This document shows positions 12,889 to 26,200 of a stretch of 64,000 nt of DNA, piece after piece. Source of the stretch: Ylistrum balloti (Eukaryota). Each line of letters starts with the position of its first letter. The stretch's first letter is position 1. A program made the translations under genes and the position numbers. The stretch spans positions 682,001-746,000 of the forward strand of contig NW_026781959.1 in the NCBI RefSeq assembly GCF_031769215.1, written 5' to 3'. The notes below the pieces were generated by a model. It saw only the letters and a program-made list of their open reading frames with translations. It did no database searches and was not told where the DNA came from.

Positions 12889-15800
12889 ATGTACATTTGA
12901 TACAAGCTATATCTTATTTTGTGAAATGTCATGGATGTGAGCAACCTTTCAGGCAGTTAAAAATCATCACGTCAACATATTTGACAGCTTCTGAATGAAG
13001 TAGAGATTGAAAACTACCTTGTATTTTTTCACTGGCATGCCTTGATGGTTTAGGCGATACGAAACTGGTTTAATTCACTAACTTTCCACCAGATGGTTAG
13101 TCTGTCATGTGTTTTGAGGAAAAAAAGCAAGACAATATCAGGTACTACATGTATGAAGTGATACTTTTAAAATTTAAATATGATATTCACCATGCAAGAA
13201 CAGAATTTAGTATTAAGGTGTTGATAATGACTGAGACATTTTACTTGAAAGAAACTTTAATCCAACTGAATATCAATAGTTGTGAAAGAATCCGAAGTAC
13301 ATTGTAAAATGAAAATGTTTAAAATTGATTTTGTTTACATATACCTATATATGATGCTTTTAGGTGTTTGTAGTGAAATGATGTAGCCACATGTTATTGT
13401 AGTCTTGTATGATGTCAGAGTTATTTTTGGTATGTTCTGGTTCCTTCCCAGTATTTTATATTTTTAGTTCACAAGGCCTTTTGTTTCTATATCTTGAACA
13501 TTATTTCTCCACACCTGTAACTACAGTCCCACTCTTATATGATGCATGATATCTAATGTTTGTCCTGAACACCCAAGGAACTAATCAGCACTGATAAAGA
13601 GGATGTTTTAATGGTTTACCACTGATAAACAGATATATTTCAAGTGTGATATAGGTAACACTATATTATATTTTGCTTGATTTTCATTTAAAAACAATTT
13701 CATTTCCTGTTACATTCTCAAAGTACCTGGGTGGCAATGATGAGAATACTTGGAGGATTTGTTTAATATCATTTTGCATTCATATTCATAATGTCTACAA
13801 CATGGCTTCTGTTATGACCTGGCTAATCAATGCCACGCAACAATAGATTGGTTTTATTTGGTAAGGTTTTACTTACACAAATATTTAATCATTTCCTGTA
13901 GTTATTCCCTTAATATACTTCAATAACCATACTGTTACATCATCTGTATTTGGACAAGTCTGATGTTTTTTAAAGAAATGAATAAAAACCTGATAGGTCA
14001 ATATTAAATTTGTGTATCTCCATGTATTTGCAGAATTCTTTGCACTATTTCCATACAGTTGAACAATCAAAATCATGTGGTGTTAAATTTTAGTTGTCTA
14101 TATAATGTGTCTGTTGATAAGAAACATTTAGGTTATGTTGATCGCACAGTTTTACCCGACAGTAAATAAAACCCCTACCTGCAGAAGTTAATCAGAATAC
14201 ATGTATGTGCCCTGACAGATATTGCAATCATATTTGTGCTGATGGAATGTTAGATTGATTTTAGCAAGATTTGTGCTATTGTTACATTTAAAATGTTTAT
14301 TTTATGAAATATAACTCAACCTAGCTTTTGTTGCTCTCCATATACCGGTAGCACTGTATTACTGACTTTCCAGTAGACTTAGAGCCATGTGTTTTAAGTG
14401 TACTGGACCGAGAGTAAATCTGTTTGTTTTAGGTATGGCGAAGTATGGCATATGTCCAAATAAAATCATTCTGCACAAGATCAAACATTTTTTGTTTTTC
14501 ACTACCTGTGTGCATTTTGTATTTTATTTGATTATTCCATCCTCATATTCATATCTGATTAAATATCACCATTGATAATATATTTTGTGTTATTTATTTA
14601 TGTTGAACAAACCATATGATTGACCATTTGGACATCCACATTTAGATAAAGAGAATTAGTTTGCTGTGAGTTATTCCTTATATTCATATGGCCACACAAT
14701 TTTTCTGAATAAACAAGGCAATAAAACATGGTGAAAAGTTTGATCTGAATCCTTAAGGAATGAAGTGCCGACATTTTCTAAAATTGCCTTTAGTTAGACT
14801 TTGACCTTATAATTCTCAAACTCATCTGGAACATAATGGTCCTCTTGTTTAAAGTAAAGTGTGATGAAACTCCCTTGAGGAATGCGGCCACAAGACAAGG
14901 ATTTTCTCAAAATAGCAATGGTGATCTTGATTGAACTATCTTTAAACATGTAAAGGGATGTTGGACATTACATATACACATGCAAAGCTGCTGATAAATT
15001 TTGGTGTTGCATACAACATGGTAACAATTCTATAGCATCTTCGACAAACATCCCATTATCCCTCTCAACTTTCAGTTTCGAGATAAAATTAATAAACTTC
15101 AAAGCAGTGCACTGGGTTTTTTTTTTATTGACCACCAGATATAGTTAAACTTCATTTTGTGGCTCACTGAAAGTATCATTTTAAGACAGTGTAATTTCAT
15201 CGTCTATAAAGACTCCAAATTTTCACCATGTTTTCCAGGATGGAATACAATTAAAAAATTTGCCACTTTGAAAGCAAGAAAAAGTTCATTGTCTGACTTT
15301 TGCAAGAGCTCCATCACTTTTCATAAAACAGAAAAACCATTATGATGAAACTTCATAGTATATATTGAATAATTCTGGCAAAATTTACATATCAGATCTG
15401 TTCTATGTATTGTTCTACAAATATTTATGATGTACTTATAACATAGTTTCAGAAATTATCAACCATCATGCATTAATAACAACTGAACATGCTGAGTGTA
15501 TGAACACAATTTAATTCAAACTACATGTATAACATCCAAATGAGTTGTACTTCACAAAAGGTATTTTCTACGCACCGAGTTATACAAAGTTTACATATGA
15601 ATACAGCTTATATAAACACATACAAGTGAAATGGCCTTCAGTTCAGTTTACTTGGCAATTCCAGATATCACCAGAATTTCCAATTGTCCTTTTAAAAACA
15701 TGATCATACGGATGGGGATAGATAAAGGATTGTCTTGTAGAAATGAAAAGAAATGTGATAATGCATAAAACGGTATTGTTGCAGTATCAACATTAGTACA

Positions 15801-15971
15801 ACTGATTTCAAAATTTACAATGCCTTTTTCATGAATGAAGTTGTATTTTTTGGTGAATGTATTTCTAACGTATATTTGTGATAAATATATACGCAAAGTA
15901 TTCTCTTTACTCGTAACTGTTTAAGAAAGTAGTCAAAGATAAAGTAACAATCAACTGTTGGTATACAAAAC

Positions 15972-15977
15972 TTTATT
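15972..15977 (-). terminator. Candidate poly(A) signal for SS18
   Basis: TTTATT on the + strand (AATAAA on -), about 1.26 kb downstream of the SS18 stop. Confidence 0.4.
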
Positions 15978-16140
15978 GTTCGAACAGCACTGAAAATTTA
16001 ATACTTCCATGGAGATTGCTAGAATGTGATATATGTTAGGTTTGTAATGGGTTTTATGTACACTATTGCAGCCTACCAACCTTTCATTAGATGAGTTACC
16101 TTACACACAGAGGCCCATAGCATGCCATCAACAGTGACTA

Positions 16141-16170
16141 GAGTAAGTTATCTTGCCAAAGGACACAACT
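16141..16170 (+). mobile_element. Possible CORE-SINE relic
   Basis: GAGTAAGTTATCTTGCCAAAGGACACAAC resembles the CORE motif GTTAAGTGACTTGCCCAAGGTCACACAGC; the match is short. Confidence 0.3.
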
Positions 16171-17238
16171 AACACTGTACAAACCAATCCGTTTCTCAGC
16201 TTCTTGAGAAAAAGTTGGGATTACTGAACCATCTTGGAATGATCACCCAAGACTGTAGGTTGACTGCACAATCACATTATTATCCTCAAGTTATCAACAA
16301 TATGTACACAACATTGTCCTAACTCAAGACCATACAACACAGAATGAAAAATTGTTTTTCGTTGAAATTTTGCTTGAAGAACGTTTAAATATTTCATAAT
16401 GAAATTATTGTTTCAAAAGCTACGATCAGACCAGGATGAATTACAATGAAAAGAAATTACTGGAAAAACAACAGCTGCTTCAGCCCGTCCATCATTTAAT
16501 ATCCTTACTTGTATCATTGTAATATACAAACAATTGTCAATCTTTAGCTGTGAAAAGTATTGTTTCACCAATCAAAAGTGCTGTTACCATGGCGCCAATA
16601 AAGTTCAGATCTAAACAAGAATTATATACAAAGAGATTACAAGGGAAAATATGCGCTTTTCAATTTTGGATATACCTATATGTATTGTTAAAATTATAAC
16701 AAAAAGATTATAGCATGCTAATTCTGTGAAAAGCCAGTAAACATGTCCTAAACAACCATAATCATTATTATTTACAATCTATGATTATATTGACAACCAA
16801 AAACCAAATGATACCTTAATTATTGTTCAGTAACAGGTTACATTACATAAAATTACATTAATGAGATTCTCACTATTCTATATTGTATAGATATATACCA
16901 CACTGACAAGACCAACCAGGGTCAGCATAACAGTGCTATCCAAACCAATTGTCAGAATTTTTTTGACAGTTAACATAATACAATAGGATTATATATAGAA
17001 TATAAATATGTACAATCAATCTAAAGTAATGATAAATGCTTGTAAACATGGCTATATGACTAAAAAAAGACAATATCAAACTTGTCCAAGAATATCTACC
17101 ATCCACAAAAGGTCTCTTCAAAATCAAAACTTTGCTTCTGTATTTAGACTGGTCTAGTAAAATCAAAGACAGTCCACTGTTAAAACCTTACGTTTCAGAT
17201 CTAAAGGACCTTTTGTCAAAAAAGTCTAATATTTTTTT

Positions 17239-20200
17239 TCAGTACTGAGGTGAATTGTATCCAAATGAACCTTGACTTTGCATTTGACCACCAGCTGGAC
17301 CTGGGCCCTGTATGGGTGCACTCATCTGACCCTGGGATGGCATTGAGCCACTCATGGGATTTGGGCCTTGCATTTGGTTACCCATTGATCCCTGTGATGG
17401 CATTGGTCCTTGATTCTGCATCTGCCCTCCCATTGGTCCACTACTTGGCATTGCATTTTGTCCAGAAATCTGATTTGGCATTTGATTTGGGGTTTGTCCT
17501 TGTCCTTGTGGCATCTGACCTGTCATGTTGGTCTGACCATGCATTTGTCCACCACCCATGTGATTCTGCCCTTGCATGGGAGTAGGCATTGGTCCAGAGC
17601 TTTGACCCTGACTTACCATTGGTCCTCCAGACATCTGGTTTCCAGGCATGTTACCCTGGTTACGCATGTAAGGGTTAAATCTTTGCTGGGGATTTTGTCC
17701 CTGAAAACCTGGATACTGAGACTGCGGCATGTTGGAGTTTTGGTTGTAACCTTGACCTTGTTGGGGCATATTCTGTTGGCCCTGACTTCCCTGGTTGTAG
17801 GAGTTTTGGTTGGGGTACTGTTGCTGTCCAGAGAAGTTCTGCTGTTGTCCATACTGGCCTGGAAAAGAGAAATCCAGTCCATTACTGGTAAAAGTTCTGT
17901 ACCATAACATTTCTGTTTCTAAATGAAGGGGCTATTCAAATCTTCATCAATGTTTGTAATCCTTTTTATCACAAGATAAATTACAGGTCTCCATTACACA
18001 CATCTAATACAAGAGGTCCATACGGCCTGTATCACTTGCTCACCTGGTTTACTTTGCTGAAATTGATTTATTTTAACTTAGGGAAATGTATTTAAGACAC
18101 TTGTGTCAATTTCCCTGTAACTGACTTGACCTTCCTTCAAAAGGGGGTTTGATGCAGCTGTTTGAAAATAACTAAGTTCTCAATACAGAAACAAAGAATT
18201 TGCTATGTCCATTATTTGGCCCCATCCCTCTGATCCCAATGGGCCAGAACCCACTGTTCATACAAATTTGATCACCTTTTCCCAAGCATGTCTCTCACCA
18301 AATTGGGACAGAATCAAGGCATTCCTAAATAAGAAGAATGATCTTGAAGAATTTGCCTACTTCCCCTTTTGGGCCCCATCACTCCCACTATACAGGGCTG
18401 AGATCCCAATGCTCCCAAAATTGGTACCTCTTCACAAAAGCATGCATAGGGCCAAATTGAGACAACATCCAGTTATTTCTACACAAGAAGGATTTCAAAG
18501 AATGTACTCTATTTTCCCTATTGGGTCCAGCCCCTCTGGCCCTACATAGCCATGATTCATGGTTTTCAAAAAAAAAAAATTTCCTTCTGACCCCCTGGGG
18601 CCTAGACCCACCATTTACAAAGCACCTTATTTCATTTCACCCAAGTATGCTGCAAAGCAAATTTGGACAATATCCTGCAATTCCTAAGGAACCAACCAAC
18701 AACTGATAGATTTTCCCCTACTGGGCCCACCCCTCAGACCCGGGGGGACCAGACCCACCATTTACACAAATCGGTTCCCCTTCTCTTAAGGATGCTTCAG
18801 ACCAAATTTCATTAAAATCTACTCAGTTGTTCATGACTAGTAGCAATTTATAGGAAAAGTTGACCGAAGATGGATGCTGCAGCATCCCCACAGCCCACAT
18901 GGCCCTTTACACAAATTTTTATTACATTGAAATTTTTTTAGGAAATAAGAACAATGTCAGATAACAAGGACAGTGTTGTGTATATATCCCCTTCATTTAC
19001 TCATCAATGTCACGGGGATCAGTCTTGTAAAACAGAACAGAGGGAACATACCAGTTTTTGCTATATGTCAAACATTTGATAAGAATGGGAAAATGATGAA
19101 TTAATTGAAGGAAAATGAATAGTCAATGTAATTTCAATAGATATAAACAAACCATGGAAAAACAGACAGTGAATAATCATACCACAACATATTTCAATGA
19201 TATGAAAAACATTTATCCCAGAAGTGACATAAAAAACGTCTTCTGTATAAATTTCACTCTAGCACTAGCAGTATGATTACCTGTACCAGGGCGTCTGTAG
19301 CCTCCTTGCATCTGCCGAGGATTCATCATTGAACCACTCTGTCCAGAGGACTGGCCTGACATCATTGACTGTTGTTGTGACATCATTGGCTGATTTTGTG
19401 ACATCATTGGCTGTTGTTGTGACATCATCGGTTGTTGTTGTGACATCATGGACTGTTGCTGAGGCATCATAGGCTGATTCTGAGACATCATTGGCTGTTG
19501 TTGGTTGGGGTATCCACCCTGCTGCTGCATGTTGTAGTTTTGAGTGTTTGACATACCAGATGGCATTTGATCTGTCAATAAAACAATCCATAAAGCAACT
19601 CCTGGTTTGATGAATTGAGTGTGAAGTACCAGATGCTCACAGGCAAAACCTAACGTCAATTTTGAATTCTCAATACAATGGTAATTTGCTTCTCCCTCGC
19701 CACCTCCACAACACCACCATAAAATAGAACCAATCTAATCTAGATAAAACGTCCAAAACTCCAATCATATGATGTAGGAGGAAATTGGCTGACATGTAAA
19801 GAATCTGAAACATTTTTCTTTATTGAAGCCCTTTACAACCATCCTTGGTATTCTCAAGTTCTCAAAAAGACAGAATATTTTCATCCTTGATATGAAAATC
19901 TTGAGACCATTTTCTCCCTGTGAATTTAAATGTTGTCTATTGATTCCTTCTCTTTTAATAGAACTGGAAAGGGACACTCACATTTTCTCTAAATGTAATT
20001 TTTTTCAGTAACCACAGGTAACATTAAGTTAGGATATTTTGCCTGTGAACATTTAAGCCTTGGATGTGTACCAGGAATGCTGCAGACTAACCATCCATCA
20101 AGGACATAAATCAACAATACAATTAAAACAGTTATAAAGGAATATGTACAACACTAAAACTGTTACTTTTTCCTAGGAATAATGAGATTGAAGCATTTCC

Positions 20201-23200
20201 ATCAGCAGCCACTAATGTTAGTACTTAAATTTAATGGATAATCTAGATAAGTTGCATTTTCTAACAAACTTTCACTATGCATGTGTGATCTGAAAATGCA
20301 GAATATTTCATAATAAATGATTCAAATAGAACAATTTAAAGCTATTCATAGAAGAAATACTGAACATCATATGAACATTACCTAGATAAGTTAAAGAACA
20401 GTAATTAAAATAATCAAAGTCAGGGTTCGTACAGAAATTTAGAATGCAAATTCATGCATTCTTGGAGCATAAAGTAAAGGATGTTTCCCCCAGCAATTTC
20501 CTCAATATTTCAACAAGACTTCACAAAATTCATAGCTTAAAGCTTAAAACATTCTCATAAGCTCTTAAAATATGACTTATTTCTACATTAGATATAATTT
20601 ATGCAGATGGCTCTCAACCAAGATTTATCTAACCCTATATCTGAAACATTATATGTATCTGCAAGTTTTCAGTTGAAACTCTGTAACGCTTTTATGGAAT
20701 CCTAAAAATTTATAGCAAAAATGGAAATAAAATCCTTCAATACTAATTAAAAAAAATCTTTTGCTGATATTGTTAAGTCTGAGAACATTTTACAATGCAA
20801 ACATATTCATGGATCTGTACGAACCCTGTACTTTCCAGCTGTACACAGTGTTTTCTGCAGCATCATATCTTTGAAATGAAGTTATAAATGATGATGTAGA
20901 AGTTGATTAAAGGCAGTTAACTCCTTGGCGGGTTACCACATTCAAGATCAGGTTACCTAATTCCCCTAAGCTTGCTCTCTATTATAAAACTTAAAACCAA
21001 GCTGCCCATTTTCTCTGGAGAAAACACTGGTCAACACAAAAGTTGACATGTACCAAGTGTGCTGCATGCTAAAAGTTCACCTATTTTGGGCAAGCCATGT
21101 TTGGTGATATCACTGTTGTTGTCTTTTTGAGTCGAGTGACGGTGTGGCTTGTCGAGTGGGACAATTTTCTTGTCTGAATGTCCTAGAGGAAACACATCAC
21201 CAGATCATTAACAATTTCAGAAGGGGACATTATATACACAAGGGTCAAAGGATACAACACAGACTACAAGCACTTTTTCCTAAACTCTTACCAAGTGTAT
21301 TACACAAATATAAAGTACTTTATTTTATCTGAAAGACTTGCCATTTAATAATGGTCACTGCATTTCTTGATCAGTCTGACACGCTGCATGCTAAAATTTC
21401 CCACATATTGGTCAAAAACTTTTTTTTTTATAGTATTACTTTTGTCAATATGATTTAATTGACATTGTGGTTTGACAACAGTGAAAAAAAAGGTTTCTAG
21501 CCAATATTTACCAATGAATCATTTCTAAATAATGTACCGAAATTTAACAAGAGATCCCAGAGGGATCTTGACACCCACCAATGTTTTTATCTTTATTTGT
21601 TCTTTAAAAGTTAGATCTTTTTCCTTTTCTCTTCTCTTCTCTCCACTGTTATAATATTTAATTACAGAATCCAAGATGGCCACCTGACAGCCATTTTTTT
21701 AACTGATCAGTCCCGAAATCAAAAGGGCACAACTATGTACCAAGGAGAACTTACATCTCAAATTTGAGAAAGATCCATCAAGTACTTCTCAAGAAATAGC
21801 CGTAACTAAAATTGTTTACAGAAGAACGGACAGATCACGGACGAAGGGCAATTTGAATAGCCCACCATCTGATAATGACCTATTGCAGTACAATAACATG
21901 TATATGACAATTGAGGGACTGATCTCCTACATTTCCTTTCTCTGGTCCAATTTCCAAGTAGCACTGGTGACATCATGATATTTCAATTAGCATTAAAAAA
22001 CTCCATGCCTCACCAATACATGGATAAACCTACAGTGTACTATTTTTTATAATCATCTACAGTGTTGGTTAGTAAAACTAGACTCCTTATGGTAGTAGCC
22101 AACAACTTGAGAAAGTATAAAGAAAACTGCAGACATGCAAAGAAAAAGCTCTGACCTTCCCTCAAATCACAAGCACTTCATTTCTGAAGTCCAGTGTTAT
22201 TAAAGTGAGAATTAAAAAGTAGCCGAGTTGATATCAAAAGTTGTTGCTATTTTATATCAATGGGATGAAAATGGCTAACAAAGTTACAGCTCTGACACCA
22301 TATTAAAGGAGGTGAGAAAGAAACTTAATTAGTTTGAAAAGCTGTTTGAATGATACTTAGTAAATGTTATGAGTATGAAATAAATCACAATTTTAAGTTG
22401 ATCTTTTACATTACATTTGAACAAATGAAATAAAAAAAGTTTATTATGAAAGAATGATGAGAATATTTCATTGTTTTTATCAAATATCTTTCTACATTCA
22501 AAGACACTTTTCATCCACTACTTTCTTATCTAAACAATATAGAAACACTTGTTAGAATTACACCTGGAAAGTATATAACCTTTGCCATGATGATAGATTA
22601 TCCCAAACATATAATACTCACTGTAAGAACCAGCCTGGGATACCATGGGTTGTTGGCCCATCTGGGGGCGAGGGTAGCCTCCAGACCCTGACATTGGCTG
22701 TTGCTGTGGGCCTGACCCACCTGATCCTGGGGGATACATGCCCTGACTTGTCGGCGGGGTCATGTTACCACCACTGCTTGGCGTCATCATTTGGTTACCA
22801 CTCCCTGGCCCTCCTGTAAATAAGTTATCCCTTCAAACAATCAAACAAATACACTGAATCTAAAACAAATATAACTTTACATATCTACAGAGCTTCTCGC
22901 GGAGAATTTAAGACATTTCTCTATCCTACACACCAATATGAGGTGCAACACCATTAAAACAAGATGACACAGAGCGTGACAATATCCCCTGCTCGCTATT
23001 TAAAAGACACATAATCAAATATATAAACAAATATAGATGTTAATATTATAGTAACAGGTATTAAAATCCATTCCAGCACTGTTTCTGCTATCTTCATGTA
23101 AATAATCTTTTACTGTTGTATCCTTTGGCATCATTCACAAATAAAAATTGAACTTTGTGATTAGACCCATCTGTTTCCATGGTAACAGAAAAAGTCTTTA

Positions 23201-26200
23201 AATGGAGAACTTCCAAACAGCAAAACACAGTAATACAGTTATAGCTTTACAACTGTAGAAAGTTTCGAGTAATTATCTTGAACAGTTTCAGAGCACTGGT
23301 CCGGAAGATGACCATGTACAGAGGGACAGGGCCCAAATTAAATATCTTACACAACTGCACTTCCTGAGGAATGAAAAATTGATTAAGTATGTATACATAC
23401 CAGCCGAATTCATCTGGTTCTGCATGGGACCTGGGGGTCGCATCTGGTTCATCTGTGAGTTAGGAGGCTGCTGTTGTTGCTGTTGATTCATTGCTGGGTT
23501 TATCTGACCAGGAGGCTGAAATGACATGCCCACCATATAACAGATATACAGTATCCTAAATGATTAACCAGCAAAACACTCTTTTACCCCCCCCCCCTTT
23601 GATCAAGCGTATTTAAACAGATTTTAAGTTGCACTTAAGTGTGCAGTTGCATCAACCAGCTGACAGTGTTGCCAACCTAGTCAAGTAATATCAGGTCATT
23701 GCCATTCTAAATCAAGGGTGAAGGGATGAGTTAAAAGGTTGTGGATCTAGCATTGAACTCAGAAGGTTAGGATATGGCCAATATCAGGCTGAACTGATGA
23801 ATCCAATTAAGATGATAATGTGTCATGATGTTTATGATGGGTTCATTGACATGGGTTTACAATTAAAGGCCAGTTATGGTGATTACAATATAAGGTTTAT
23901 CACATCGCTCAAAATCAAAGGAAAACATAAACGACAAACATCTGGACACTTGTGCATATTACCTATCTGAAATATCTAATAAAGTGGTTATGCTTTTATT
24001 TGATATATCTGATATATTGTTTTAAATAGCGATTGAATATGCAATACTTGTTATATTATTAAGTTTAAGTAGACGAGAAATGACAATATCCAATTAAGGA
24101 AAGTATATATCCAGTGCCTTGGATAACTAACCGGTAAAAGTGCCTGTATGTTCTGGCTAGAATCGGCAAGAGTGGCAAGGTATACTAGGTTCCTGTGTAA
24201 CATCTGCTGAAATCTGAAACACAATATTACAAATAACACTTTCAGTGATAGTCTATCATCTCTATCCAACTGTATTATGTGTCAATAATGAACAAAGGTA
24301 GATAACACTATGTAACCTGGTATGAAAAATTGACATTTTTTACCATAAGAATTCACATAGTTTAGCAGTTATAAGATGAAACAGTATCAAATGCAGGTGC
24401 ATTGACTCACTACTAAGTTTAAAGTTACAGAGAAGACAGCAAAACAACAATAGGTCTGATGAGTGGACACAATGCAAAATTAAACTCCCCTCACAGTGGG
24501 GACTAAGTATAGTCATACAGGTATTGGGCATACAGTACCAGGGTCCCAGGCATAATCTAATTATGTATCCTGAACTGAAGATGATCATTGCATAAAAATA
24601 CTTTGATGTATATATCATCAAGAGACTGCATTTAAGGCAATCATATTTTAGTGCAATCAGACAGCTGCTAAATCGTGTACATTTACAGAACCCTGCCAAA
24701 GACGCGTAACATTCTCAAATACTCTCGTGATTAATAGTGACTATGATTCAACACATACTAAGTCAATGAATGACTTGTAATTATTAGTTTTGAAAAAGTT
24801 AAATCGTTAAACTTTAAGAATAGGTCCTTGAACAAGTATTAACCTCCCCTGAGCTGGGACCTTGGTGATACCCATGCATCAGAGCCAAAGGTAGTAAAAT
24901 TGACAAATCAGTGATTTTCTTTGTACAATGTCAGTATATTATCTCTATACTATATATCAAATGCATAACTCAACTGCATGAACCTTCAAATAATTATTTC
25001 AAGACCTTATGAAACTCTTTTGTTAAATGTTTCAGCATCATCTGTAAATCACAATCATTTCAGTGTGTTTTAATTTCCACAATTCAGTCATTACATACAA
25101 TTAAGATTGATAAGGATATTGTGTATCTATCAATGTAAATATCACAGAGAAAAACTTGAAATTTTCAACACTATAATACATGAAATATACGCATATAAGA
25201 GAAATAACATTTCAACACGTTTAACTTACTGTAAACATTCTGTAGATTTCCCTTTATTCTGATAGTCAACAATAGCTTGTATTAGCTGATTGTTCTCGTC
25301 AAGCATCTGAAATAAAGGGATGTACGAGTATTATGTGGCCACCATTTCTAAAATTTTACTTTTGTTCTGATCAGTTTTTTGAAAGATAAGTTTTCAGTAA
25401 ATGATTTAAAGGCTAAAATGTAACATGTTGTGTCCTTTAGGAAATATTTGTTTTGACAAGAATATCAGTGAAAGTGATGAATGCTTCCCAAAATACTCAT
25501 TGGACACAATATTATACCAAAGGGCAATAATTCTGTAATAAAGGGGCTGCAGGTCATGAATTTGGCATATAGCCCATTATTTCAGAAAGACCAACGTATA
25601 CACCAAATTTCATGCTCCTGGTTTTAATGCAAGGTATGCTCATGACACAAAATCTCAACAAAGGGCAATAACTCTGTAGTTGAAGGGTCAAGATCCCTGA
25701 ATTTGGTACACAGCACATTGTCTTAGTATGATCACTACATACACTTAGTTTGATGATCCTTGTTTAACTGTAGACAAAGTTATCCAGACAAGATATTTTT
25801 AACAAAGGACAATAACACTGTGATGGGGGCCAAAGGTACTAAATTTGGTACATAACACATTTACCTACACTTCGTATGATCAATACATACACCAAGTTTA
25901 TGATTCTTGCTTAACTGAGGGCAAAGTTATGCTCCAAGACAAGAAATTTTAACCACAAGTTTCATCATCCTAGTTTAAATGCAAGCAATTTAAAGTTTTA
26001 CTCTATGCACACAATTTTAACAAAGTGCAAATATTCTGTAATGCAGGAGTAGATGGCTCAGAATTTGGTACATTATACATCCCCTTATTATACACCAAGA
26101 CACCTGACTTAACTGTGGGCAAAGTTATGCTCTTGACATGATGGACAGACAAAGTTTTCTGGGAGGGTACTCAGGGTTTTCCATAATTTTGTTAGTAGTA

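Noticed and set aside
13107-16000. Short 60-82-aa ORFs between NTF2 and SS18, and similar ones across 33.7-39, 42-52 and 61-64 kb
   Set aside because: No recognisable domains, AT-rich codon content, often non-ATG starts or inside repeats; consistent with chance.
17250-19591. Alternative-frame and antisense ORFs over SS18 exons (17250-17585, 17410-17907, 17613-17882, 19277-19591)
   Set aside because: Shadow ORFs of low-complexity, GC-richer coding sequence.
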